Shown: positions 9,260 to 17,760 of the stretch, piece by piece
Layout: every line of letters starts with the position of its first letter
How positions within the stretch are numbered: the first letter of the stretch is position 1
Origin: Kiloniellales bacterium
GTDB lineage: Bacteria > Pseudomonadota > Alphaproteobacteria > Kiloniellales > JAKSDN01
DNA: 64,000 nt
Assembly (NCBI GenBank): GCA_050330055.1
Contig: JBHJOF010000078.1
Location: forward strand, 21,300-85,299
Direction: 5' to 3'
Notes under the pieces: generated by a model
Database searches by the model: none
What the model was told of the DNA's origin: nothing
The model's input: the letters and a program-made list of their open reading frames with translations, nothing else
Program-made: the position numbers and the translations under genes

Positions 9260-9720
9260 CAGACCAGTCCTTGCTTGAGTCTATCCGGAGTCAATGCGGG
9301 CAGCTTATCGATGTTGAGTGCGTCCGGCTCGTGCGCGAGCTCCTGGGCCTTGAAAGCAGCAGGGCTCGGCGCCTCATATTCGGACGGCGACTTGATCGAT
9401 CCCCATGGCGTGGTGCGGATCGGAGAGACGAAATTCTTCTCGCGGCCGTCCCGGAACTTGATCTTCCAGGAAATCGTGCCCTTCTCGTCCTCGCGAAGCA
9501 CCCGAACGCTGTGGCCCAAGGGGGCGAAGTCGGCATAGCCGCGTACGTCAATCGCATTCTGCGGACAGGCCTTTACGCAGGAGTAGCATTCCCAGCACAT
9601 GTTGGGTTCGATGTTGTAGGCGCGGCGATAGGTCGTATCGATGTGCATGATGTCGGACGGGCAGATATCGACGCAATGTCCGCAGCCGTCGCAGCGAGTC
9701 ATGTAGACGAATGTCGGCAT
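9259..9720 (-). CDS. aprB: Adenylylsulfate reductase beta subunit (two [4Fe-4S] clusters)
   Basis: 153 aa starting MPTFVYMTRCDGCGHCVDICPSD, then CWECYSCVKACP, followed by the long AprB-type C-terminal tail. Confidence 0.93.
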   Translation of the reverse strand: MPTFVYMTRCDGCGHCVDICPSDIMHIDTTYRRAYNIEPNMCWECYSCVKACPQNAIDVRGYADFAPLGHSVRVLREDEKGTISWKIKFRDGREKNFVSPIRTTPWGSIKSPSEYEAPSPAAFKAQELAHEPDALNIDKLPALTPDRLKQGLV

Positions 9721-9775
9721 GATGTTCCGTTATCTCCCGTATCAAAACCAAGTCAGTCGGCGCATGGCGGGCCGG

Positions 9776-10561
9776 CTAGTAGTGTCGGGGCAGCCGGCGG
9801 GCGCTGCCGAGAATTTCGGGCTTGTCGGCTGGGCGTGGCAGGTTGCTTCTTGATTCGTTCGCCTCCGCCACGCGCTTCTGCAAGGCCGCCGCAGGCTTGA
9901 AGAACATGTGAGAAAACTTGGACCAAGGAACGGATCCAAAGAGCACGGTCGTGGCGATGAGGTACAAAGCGAGAAACACGGTCGTCCACCTGCTGTCAGC
10001 AGCCTGCAGCAAGGCCCAGATCAGGCCGAGCGTCGCGCTTGCCAGCAGCGAGAGGATGAACAGGTCGGCGCGAACGACGCGGAATGGCGAATTGCCCTCG
10101 GCGGCGACGTCGACTCGAATGAAGAACCAGAACCAGTATCCGCCGACACAGACCATCAGGGCGCCGATGTACCACAGCATTGGCAGGATAGCGGGCGTGG
10201 CGCTGGCCGTCGTCGGGTAGCCGAACACCATGATGACCGTCGTGATGACGTAGGCCAGGAACCCATACATGGTCAGGAGATGCGCGATCCGTCGCCGCGG
10301 ATTGCAGAACTCGCCGGACGTCGCAACGTCGACCGCGGCGGTTTGGATAGCCAGGCTCACCATGGTCCCGCCGCCGACTTCCCGGCTCCCTTTTCGCTTG
10401 GCGTTTCGCCAGTTGTCGAAGAAGTACCTGGCGCTCCCCTTGTGCACGATGTCGTACAGCGTGCCACCGGCGACCAGAAGGATCATGACGAGGACATAGG
10501 CCTGTATGACCCAGGGCGCTAAGGACGCAGAGAGCTCGGCGAAGGGATTGCTGGTGCCCAT
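9776..10561 (-). CDS. aprM: APS reductase membrane anchor AprM (NarI/HdrE-like, about 5 TM)
   Basis: 261-aa polytopic protein directly upstream of aprBA. The aprMBA order is that of sulfur-oxidiser-type APS reductases, where AprM takes the place of QmoABC. Confidence 0.75.
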   Translation of the reverse strand: MGTSNPFAELSASLAPWVIQAYVLVMILLVAGGTLYDIVHKGSARYFFDNWRNAKRKGSREVGGGTMVSLAIQTAAVDVATSGEFCNPRRRIAHLLTMYGFLAYVITTVIMVFGYPTTASATPAILPMLWYIGALMVCVGGYWFWFFIRVDVAAEGNSPFRVVRADLFILSLLASATLGLIWALLQAADSRWTTVFLALYLIATTVLFGSVPWSKFSHMFFKPAAALQKRVAEANESRSNLPRPADKPEILGSARRLPRHY

Positions 10562-10768
10562 CGATACTACCCGATTGTTTGCCTGGCATAGTTATTGCGA
10601 CAGCTGAGGGGGCGGCTGGCAACCTGGCTCTGCGTCGCCGCCACGCCCATCGATCCAGCCGAGCAAGGTTGACCGTGCCCCTCGTATCCATGGCGATTGC
10701 CGGACACCGCGCGGATTGCGCCATCGGCCGCCGTCGAAGTGATTGCAGACATGCAAGAGGACTCGGGT

Positions 10769-10782
10769 CGATCCGCGGATCG
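10769..10782. promoter_or_regulatory. Perfect 14-bp palindrome CGATCCGCGGATCG in the aprM upstream region
   Basis: Read directly from the sequence, 208-221 bp upstream of the aprM ATG. Its function is unknown. Confidence 0.2.
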
Positions 10783-11182
10783 GCCACCGGCGCATTCGTC
10801 CGGATCGGACCAAGGCAGCATAGTTCAGTTTCCCCCCGCCGCATCTCTATCTATCTTGAACCTGGCCGATTGGCTCATTGATTATTATGATGGCTCGTTT
10901 ACTGCGTCCTATCAACGCCTATTAGTGGGCGAAAACATGTTCCGTTTCAATGCGATATGAAGGACTCGGCGGCGCGCTGACGAGGCTTGGCGGCGCAATG
11001 CGCAGGTTGCTGTGTGCGTCCCAGACGGAGGTGTCGAGCAGAGCAATGGGAAAGCGGGCTCCTCGCGCCGCGGCTTCGACAATGCATGGCTGCAATGATG
11101 CAATACATCGTCCCAACTACGTTGCTTCGCGGTGCTTCGGGAGGGGAGCCGCGCCGCTCCGCTGCGTCGCCGGATCTGCGCA

Positions 11183-11761
11183 TTAATAGTGATAGGTGGG
11201 CGGATCGACGCGGGGATGGAGCGGCAGATCGTGCCTCGCCAGATATTCGTGGGTTTCTTCCCGGCTCCAGCCGCTCAAGGGGTCGACCCGGAGCATCCGG
11301 CCCTCCTGGATCAATCGCGGCGTCGGAGCTTTCGGATAGGGCGCATGATAGGCGGCACTGATCCAGCACTCGAAACCTGCGAGCGACCTGTTCAGGTGCA
11401 CTTTGGTCTCGATCGTTCCGCCGCCCCAGATATCCGACAGAAGTTCCTCATAGTGGTCCTGATCGTTCGGAGCCATGTCGGCTTCGTCAGGTCCGGGATC
11501 GCGGATATCCGTCAGGCCGAGACGCCGAACGATCTGAGCGCGGTACTGGACGCTCTGCGGATACACGTAGGGCGCATGGCAGAATATGACCGGCACGGCG
11601 CGATCGATCTCGGCGGTCATCATTAGCACGGCCACGCTGCGTGCGCGCAGCGAGCTGGTCACTATGCATTGGCGCGGAAAGACGTCGATCAGGAGATGGC
11701 GCAATAGTGCCGATGCAGTCAGCTCTGCGGTCTCCCCCTGCAACTCCTCCACACGCAACAT
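11183..11761 (-). CDS. PAPS-reductase-fold (CysH-like) protein, degenerate, lacking the C-terminal catalytic Cys motif
   Basis: 192 aa. The layout resembles CysH (..IVTSSLRARSVAVLMM..PVIFCHAPYVYPQS..WISAAY..RVDPLSGWSREETHEYLARHDLPLHP). The protein ends about 10 residues after the LPxHP block, with no ECG(L/I)H or CC...CxxC tail. Confidence 0.6.
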   Translation of the reverse strand: MLRVEELQGETAELTASALLRHLLIDVFPRQCIVTSSLRARSVAVLMMTAEIDRAVPVIFCHAPYVYPQSVQYRAQIVRRLGLTDIRDPGPDEADMAPNDQDHYEELLSDIWGGGTIETKVHLNRSLAGFECWISAAYHAPYPKAPTPRLIQEGRMLRVDPLSGWSREETHEYLARHDLPLHPRVDPPTYHY

Positions 11762-11817
11762 TTTTGCTCCCGACGTACTTTTCGTGTCGGGCCAATCCGC
11801 TGATCGACCGCTCCATC

Positions 11818-11839
11818 TATATGATAATTAAAATATATT
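11818..11839. promoter_or_regulatory. 22-nt almost pure A/T tract (TATATGATAATTAAAATATATT) in the divergent cysH-like/sat promoter region
   Basis: It is the only strongly AT-rich patch in the 279-bp divergent intergenic region (11762-12040), so it is a likely shared promoter/UP or operator region. Confidence 0.3.
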
Positions 11840-12040
11840 GGGCGGTCACCAGGTTTTGTGTATCACTGCCGTTGGCAGTCGCGGTCTGGATCAAGTTCGA
11901 GGCCCGCCGGGAGTTCGGCTGGGTTTGGCCCGGATCTGCCATCTGCGGGTCCGTTATGGACCTGGTGTTCCTGGCCGTGCTCGAGACTGGGAGCGGTCGT
12001 CCAGCGACGCTCGAGAAGCCAGGCAGGGAGATGTCCAAGG

Positions 12041-13213
12041 ATGTCCATTCTGGTTCCGCCTCATGGCGGCGGCGCGCTAAGACCCTTGCTGCTTCCCAGA
12101 ACGGAGCGCGCCGACGAGCTCAAACGGGCTGAGAAGCTCACGAAGGTTCCCCTGAGCAGCCGTGAGGTCTCGGACCTGCTCATGCTTGCGATGGGCGCCT
12201 ACACTCCGCTTGATGGCTTCATGGGGAAGCAGGATTGGCAGAGCTGCTGCACTGACATGACGACAAGCGAAGGAACGTTCTGGCCTATACCCATAACGCT
12301 GTCCTGCGCCGAGGATATCGCCGGCGCAATCGGCATCGGTGACGAGGTCGCGCTGGTCGACGCGGCGAGCGGAGAAATCCTCGCGATCCAAACGGTGTCC
12401 GAAAAATATAGCATCGACCGCGAACTCGAATGCAAGGAGGTGTTCCGCACCACCGACACGGCCCATCCCGGCGTCCAGAAGGTCATGGAGCAGCCGCCGG
12501 TCAATCTGGCAGGGCCCATCGTGGCGCTGTCGGAGAGTCACTTCCCCGAGACCTACAACGGGCTCTATCACCGGCCAGCCGAAACCAGGGCGATGTTCGA
12601 GGCAAATGGATGGTCGACGGTGGCGGCGTTCCAGACCCGAAATCCGATGCACCGGAGCCACGAGTACTTGGCGAAGCTCGCCATAGAGGTATGTGACGGC
12701 GTGCTCATCCATCAAGTGCTTGGCGCATTGAAGCAGGGCGATATTCCAGCGCATGTCAGAGTGAACGCGATCAATGCGTTGGTCGAGAACTATTTCGCAC
12801 CTGGCACGGTGATCCAGGCCGGCTACCCGATCGAAATGCGCTATGCTGGTCCGCGCGAGGCCTTGCTCCACGCCGTGTTTCGCCAAAACTTCGGCTGCAC
12901 GCACCTTGTGGTTGGTCGCGACCATGCTGGGGTGGGGGACTACTACGGACCGTTCGATGCACATCATATCTTCGACACGCTTCCCGCCGGCAGCATGGAG
13001 ATCCGGCCGATAAAAGTCGACGTCACGTTCTTCTGCTACAAGTGCGAAGGCATGGCGACTGGCAAGACCTGTCCGCACGGCGCGGAGGATCGGCTCACGA
13101 TATCCGGCACGCGGCTACGCGAGATGTTTGCCGGCAGAGAAGCCATTCCAAAGGAGTTCAGCCGCAGAGAGGTGATCGCGGTGCTGCAAGCCTACTACGA
13201 CAGCCTTGGCTGA
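12041..13213 (+). CDS. sat: Sulfate adenylyltransferase (ATP sulfurylase), homo-oligomeric Sat type
   Basis: The track ORF was trimmed to [10 protein letters not shown]..., with AAGGA immediately before the ATG at 12041. Diagnostic blocks: [30 protein letters not shown], and the C-terminal CxxC...CPH zinc-ribbon-like part. Confidence 0.93.
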   Translation: MSILVPPHGGGALRPLLLPRTERADELKRAEKLTKVPLSSREVSDLLMLAMGAYTPLDGFMGKQDWQSCCTDMTTSEGTFWPIPITLSCAEDIAGAIGIGDEVALVDAASGEILAIQTVSEKYSIDRELECKEVFRTTDTAHPGVQKVMEQPPVNLAGPIVALSESHFPETYNGLYHRPAETRAMFEANGWSTVAAFQTRNPMHRSHEYLAKLAIEVCDGVLIHQVLGALKQGDIPAHVRVNAINALVENYFAPGTVIQAGYPIEMRYAGPREALLHAVFRQNFGCTHLVVGRDHAGVGDYYGPFDAHHIFDTLPAGSMEIRPIKVDVTFFCYKCEGMATGKTCPHGAEDRLTISGTRLREMFAGREAIPKEFSRREVIAVLQAYYDSLG

Positions 13214-13221
13214 CGCAAAAC

Positions 13222-13974
13222 ATGATCATCGCCCAGATCAGCGACACCCACATCCTGGCCAAGTCGTCTGGCGAGGCGGTGGGCGCGAGCCGTGCCGAGA
13301 ACCTCAGGCGATGTGTCGCCGACATCAACCGACAGCGGGTCGACGTCGTGCTGCACACGGGAGACAGCGTGCATCAGAGCTCGGCGGAAGAGTACGTCCA
13401 TCTGCGTGAGCTCCTGGCGGAGCTGCGGGCACCGTTGTTCATGGTTCCCGGCAATCGCGACGGGCATGACGCGCTGCGCGCCGCCTTCGGCGACCTCTCA
13501 TATCTGCCGCTCAACGGTGATCTTCATTACGCGATCGAGGACCATCCGGTTCGACTCGTCGCGCTTGATTCCGTGGCGGCGGGAGAGCGGAAGGGCGTGT
13601 TCTGCGAGCGACGGCTCGCTTGGCTGCGGGGGACGCTGGCGAAGGAACCCAATCGGCCGACGATTCTATTCATCCATCACCCGCCTTTCGATATCGATCC
13701 CCACTATGTGGGCGGCTACCGCCGGCAGCAGGACGCGGAGGCGCTGGCGCGGCTGGTCGAAGATCATTCGCAGGTCGTACGGCTGCTGTGCGGGCACGTT
13801 CATTGTTCGCACCGTGAGCCCTGGGCGGGGACCGTTGCCACGACCATGCCCAGCGTCGCTGTGGATCTGCGAAAGGGCGTCGATGCGGCAGTCGGGGAAG
13901 CACCCTTGTACCTGCTGCATGTCACCGCATGCGACGGTAGCCTGGTAAGTTACGAGCGAGTCGTGACCCACTGA
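13222..13974 (+). CDS. Calcineurin-like metallophosphoesterase (CpdA/GpdQ class-III phosphodiesterase-like)
   Basis: Trimmed to MIIAQISDTHIL..., 8 nt after the sat stop. Motifs: DTH, HTGD, PGNRD (Arg where GNHD is usual), FIHHPP, CGHVHC. Confidence 0.85.
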   Translation: MIIAQISDTHILAKSSGEAVGASRAENLRRCVADINRQRVDVVLHTGDSVHQSSAEEYVHLRELLAELRAPLFMVPGNRDGHDALRAAFGDLSYLPLNGDLHYAIEDHPVRLVALDSVAAGERKGVFCERRLAWLRGTLAKEPNRPTILFIHHPPFDIDPHYVGGYRRQQDAEALARLVEDHSQVVRLLCGHVHCSHREPWAGTVATTMPSVAVDLRKGVDAAVGEAPLYLLHVTACDGSLVSYERVVTH

Positions 13975-14061
13975 TAGTTTCTACCGGCCGCTTAGCCTCA
14001 TGGCATCGGCTTGCCTGGCGAGAGTCAAGTGCAAGGGTTTCGGCCCCAGCCGCCGGGGTGA

Positions 14062-14262
14062 CTATGTGCCGGGGTAAGGTTTCGTGCGGCGCTGGCCACA
14101 ACGGCGAGCCAAGGCCACGGCGCCGAGGAACAGCAGGACCACTAGCGGGCCGGACAGGAGGTTGAGCAGCCTTACGGTCTGACCCAGTACGTTCGCCTCC
14201 TTGTATGACACCTGGCGCGCCGCCAGCCCAAGCCCGAGCGCAGAGATGATCGGCGATCTCAT
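14062..14262 (-). CDS. Small hydrophobic protein (66 aa), hypothetical
   Basis: Strong SD (AAGGAGG, 7 nt before the ATG). One clear hydrophobic segment (LLSGPLVVLLFLGAVALA). No recognisable family. Confidence 0.35.
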   Translation of the reverse strand: MRSPIISALGLGLAARQVSYKEANVLGQTVRLLNLLSGPLVVLLFLGAVALARRCGQRRTKPYPGT

Positions 14263-14679
14263 CGCAGGCCCTCCTTTGTGGTCACCTCCTGACCGCCAAG
14301 AGGTGCAACCGCGGGGACCGTCTCCAAGCTAGTGGACCGTCGTCCAGGAGACTGAATGCGTTGAATGAAACGCCCTGCAGACACCGATTGCCATATGCCA
14401 ACGGGACAGCCTGCAGATATCAGCCTGTGCACATCGCTGGGGCGTCCGTTGCTGGGATTTGAGCTCGATCAAATCCTACAGGTGAGTGCCGTCACCGTCG
14501 AGAATGCGTACGCAACTTTGCATAGCGGGGAGGTGAGGCATCCTTCCGAAATCGAGTTTGAGAAACCTCGATGCTTGCGCGGCATCGGGTCCGCTTCCCA
14601 GAGCATCGCAACCCTCGGGCAGCAATGATTGAATCGAATCCCTGGCCGAGCATTCGAGGGGCGTGTTGACCCGGCCCAA

Positions 14680-14693
14680 TTGACATAGATCAA
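14680..14693. promoter_or_regulatory. CRP/FNR-family box TTGAC-ATAG-ATCAA
   Basis: 9 of 10 match to TTGAT-N4-ATCAA, about 80 bp upstream of the ATG at 14774. A weaker second site, TTGATCGCGATCCG, lies 6 nt downstream. Confidence 0.4.
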
Positions 14694-14773
14694 CGCGGTT
14701 TGATCGCGATCCGCTTTAAGCTTGTTTTGTAGTGAACTGGGCTGACTGTAGTTGATGGGTGGAGGAGACGACG

Positions 14774-15304
14774 ATGGTGCATCTTGCGGAGTTCGCCAGG
14801 CGAGTGTTGGCCGCCGAGGTCGAAACCCGCCTCAAGGCCGAGACGCCGCATTGGCTTCTCGAACGCGACTCGCTCGAGCGCAGATACCACACCGCGAGCT
14901 GGAAGCGCACTGTCATGGTGATCAACACCGCGTTGGCAGGGGTTAAGCAGGTCTTTTGCGACGACCCGCTTCTGCATCCCCTGGGGCGCGCCTCGGACAG
15001 CGCCATCGACGAGGCCCTAATGGCGCGCGGATTGGAGCGGGCGGACCTCTTCACGCCGGGAACGACTCTCGCGCCGCACCGTCACCGGCTCGCCGCCATG
15101 CTGGCCATCCAAGGCTTGTCGCCAAGGGATGTCGTGGCGGATCACTGGCCGGCACTCAAGACCGCGGATCACCGCTGTGCCTACTGCGCCAACAGCAAGC
15201 GCTGCGAAAGCTGGCTGAAATGGGGTTGCCCGAACGATGCGCCTCGCATGTTCTGCCCGAGTGCTGCCGCATTCGAGCAGATCAAGGCGAGCACGGTCCA
15301 CTAA
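14774..15304 (+). CDS. Cys-rich hypothetical protein (C-terminal half resembles the DUF6455 pattern C-x2-C-x5-C-x2-WL)
   Basis: The start was moved to the ATG at 14774 (GGAGGAG sits 6 nt upstream). The motif is HRCAYCANSKRCESWLKWGC. The family name is from memory only. Confidence 0.45.
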   Translation: MVHLAEFARRVLAAEVETRLKAETPHWLLERDSLERRYHTASWKRTVMVINTALAGVKQVFCDDPLLHPLGRASDSAIDEALMARGLERADLFTPGTTLAPHRHRLAAMLAIQGLSPRDVVADHWPALKTADHRCAYCANSKRCESWLKWGCPNDAPRMFCPSAAAFEQIKASTVH

Positions 15305-15569
15305 GCTGCTCGTTTCGGTCATTGAGGTCGAGCAGGCCGAGATTCCCGCGACTGGCTCTGGCTATGTTTCGCCCTCTGTATCCACAGTCTGGCGCGTTCG
15401 AAAAGAACCAGGAATGCTTGCGTTTCAGCCAACTGTGAGCGCTAACCCCCGACCAGGGAGATACCCCACCTGCCGTCCCGCTCGATAGCAATGAATGACC
15501 CGCCTCGGTCATGCATCGTGCGACTGCTCGGCGACAGGGTTGCTGCTGAAAACCGGTCGATATCTTCCC

Positions 15570-17528
15570 TCAATCGTTGCCGTTCCCGCGCTCGCCGCCG
15601 GGGTTCCCGGTCTCGGCAACGACCACCGAATTACGGGGGCGATTCTGGTGCCATTCCCAAACCCACACCGCCCCGCCCAGCACCAAGCCCACGCCCATCA
15701 GATCGGCCCGGTCCAGCGCGCCCGCGGTCAGCAGGACGAAGCCGCTGACGGCGAGCACGATCCGCTCGTAAACCCTGAGCGGTCTGACGAGCCACCCCCA
15801 GAAAGCGGCCGCCAGCATCGTAAGGCCGGCCAAGACCCCGAGAAACGCGAAGAGCATCGGCAGGCTGATCTTCGGGAACTCAAGAAGCACAGGGTTTAAA
15901 ATGAAGACGTACGGGACGGCGAGCGCGACGAACGCGAGCCTCAGCGCGCGACCGCACACCTGCCAGAAGTCGGCTCCGGCGATCCGGGAGGCGGCCTGGG
16001 CGGTGATGGCGATCGGCGGCATCAGGGTGGCGAAGACCGCGAAATAGTAGATGAACATGTGCGACGCCACGGGGTCGAAGCCGATCTCCACTAGGTACGG
16101 CGCCAGGGCCAGCGCCATGAGGATGTAGGCGGCGGCCTCGATGATGGCGAGGCCGGTGACAAGCGTGCAGAGCATGACGAGCGGCAGCGCTATGATCAAT
16201 ATTTGGCCGACCGGGCTGATGATGAGATTGGTCGCAAGGTTCACCCCGAAGCCCGTCGTCATGGCCGTCTGGGACACCGGGCCGATGACTGCCAGGAGCA
16301 AGCCCAGGGTCGCGCAGGTCTTGGCCCCGTCGAGCAGACCCAGAAATATCTCGCGAACCGGCGGGCGGTACTTGCCCTGGATCAGCAGCGCTGCGGCCGT
16401 CGCTCCGATGAGGGCCCAGAACCCGGCCAGCTTCGCGGTGTAGAACAACAAAAGGAACGTGGCCAGAATTCCGATGCCGATCAGGAAGGTGGGGAAGCAT
16501 CGGGCCACCAGGTTCCAGTCGACCCGCTCTTTCACGCGCGGGAAGCCGGACACGCGGGCGTTGAAGTAAATCCCGAGGCCGACTCCAGCATAGTAGAGAA
16601 TGGCTGGAATCGTGGCCGCGAGCGCCACCTGGATGTACGGCATGTTCAGGAAGAATGCCATGACGAAGGCGCCGAGGCCCATGATGGGAGGCATGATGAG
16701 GGCCCCCGCCGAGGCCGAGGACTCGACGGCGGCGGCCATCGCGGGTGGCAGGCCCTGTTTTTTCATCATCGGAATGGTGACCCGGCCCGTGATGATCACG
16801 TTCGCCACGGCCTGGCCGACCATCGTCCCGACGGTGGCGCTCCCGATCAGCGCGGGGTAGGCCGCCCCGCCGCTGATCCGTTGGCCCACCGCCTTGCCAA
16901 ACTCGAGCAGCGCGCTGACCGTGCCGGTCCTGGCCAGCACCGCGCTGAGCAGCAGCACGTAAAAGATCACGTCGGTCGTAAGCGGTATCAGCCAGTAGGT
17001 CCCGAAAACGGGATGCATCGTCGTATAGCTCAGGACCCAGCCGAGCCCGTAATCCTGGTGCCCCCAGAAACCGGGCAGAATGTGCCCGAACAGGAAGTAG
17101 CCGACGGCGAGCACGACGAAACCGACCAGGACCTTCCCCCAGACGTAGTAGCCGGCGATACAGAGCGCGATCAGAGCGCTGACACCGACCACCTTGTCCA
17201 CCGGGTTCAGCAGCCCCACCTCGGTCTCCAGGCGCAGGACGTTCGCATGAACGTAAGCTGCCGAGAACACGCCGGCGACCAAGGCGAAGGTGAGGAGGGC
17301 AAACTTTACGGTGAGGGATAGCCGGGAGCGCTCGTTGTCCTCTCTCAGGGTCTCCGCCATGTGCATCAGGATCGCCATTGAGAAGACGGCGCCGAAAAAG
17401 CTCGCGAAATGCTCCGATACCCCGAGGAGCGGGTGCCAGACGATGAACAACTGGTAGACGACCAGCAGCCCGGCCTCGACGTTCACGATCATGTCGATGA
17501 TCCGCGCCGCCTTTTCCCTTGGCGTCAT
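15570..17528 (-). CDS. TRAP transporter fused permease (4TM/12TM fusion, TAXI-type system)
   Basis: 652-aa protein that is hydrophobic throughout. Size and architecture match the fused DctQM-type permeases that pair with TAXI receptors. Confidence 0.88.
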   Translation of the reverse strand: MTPREKAARIIDMIVNVEAGLLVVYQLFIVWHPLLGVSEHFASFFGAVFSMAILMHMAETLREDNERSRLSLTVKFALLTFALVAGVFSAAYVHANVLRLETEVGLLNPVDKVVGVSALIALCIAGYYVWGKVLVGFVVLAVGYFLFGHILPGFWGHQDYGLGWVLSYTTMHPVFGTYWLIPLTTDVIFYVLLLSAVLARTGTVSALLEFGKAVGQRISGGAAYPALIGSATVGTMVGQAVANVIITGRVTIPMMKKQGLPPAMAAAVESSASAGALIMPPIMGLGAFVMAFFLNMPYIQVALAATIPAILYYAGVGLGIYFNARVSGFPRVKERVDWNLVARCFPTFLIGIGILATFLLLFYTAKLAGFWALIGATAAALLIQGKYRPPVREIFLGLLDGAKTCATLGLLLAVIGPVSQTAMTTGFGVNLATNLIISPVGQILIIALPLVMLCTLVTGLAIIEAAAYILMALALAPYLVEIGFDPVASHMFIYYFAVFATLMPPIAITAQAASRIAGADFWQVCGRALRLAFVALAVPYVFILNPVLLEFPKISLPMLFAFLGVLAGLTMLAAAFWGWLVRPLRVYERIVLAVSGFVLLTAGALDRADLMGVGLVLGGAVWVWEWHQNRPRNSVVVAETGNPGGERGNGND

Positions 17529-17635
17529 GACGAGCTGCCCCCCGCTGATCCGATTATTCCCATTGTGTCAATCGCCGTCGGCCACATCCGGTGAGCTTGC
17601 GCAGGTGTATAAGGCTTCCAAGGCTTCTCGCCTCG

Positions 17636-17672
17636 GCCGGGGCCTGCCTTGGTGACGAAGGCAAGCCCCGGC
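17636..17672 (-). other. Intercistronic GC-rich hairpin (15-bp stem incl. one G-U, 7-nt loop) between the TAXI receptor and permease genes
   Basis: GCCGGGGCCTGCCTT-ggtgacg-AAGGCAAGCCCCGGC, read directly. There is no U-tract, so it is more likely an mRNA stabiliser or attenuator than a terminator. Confidence 0.5.
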
Positions 17673-17760
17673 TTCGGCGAGTGCCGTCGACTCGTCGGGA
17701 AAGAGCAGGCAATCTCTTCCTCGCTTTTGCGCTCCCGAAGAACAAATCGTCAGGTCAGCC

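Noticed and set aside
10583-10599. Sigma-54-like promoter CTGGCAT-AGTTA-TTGCG on the plus strand, 22 bp from the aprM start codon.
   Set aside because: It is a good match to TGGCAC-N5-TTGC. However, it points away from aprM into a region with no plus-strand gene (it would run antisense to the CysH-like gene), and no enhancer-binding protein is encoded nearby. It was kept only as a note inside the intergenic-region finding.
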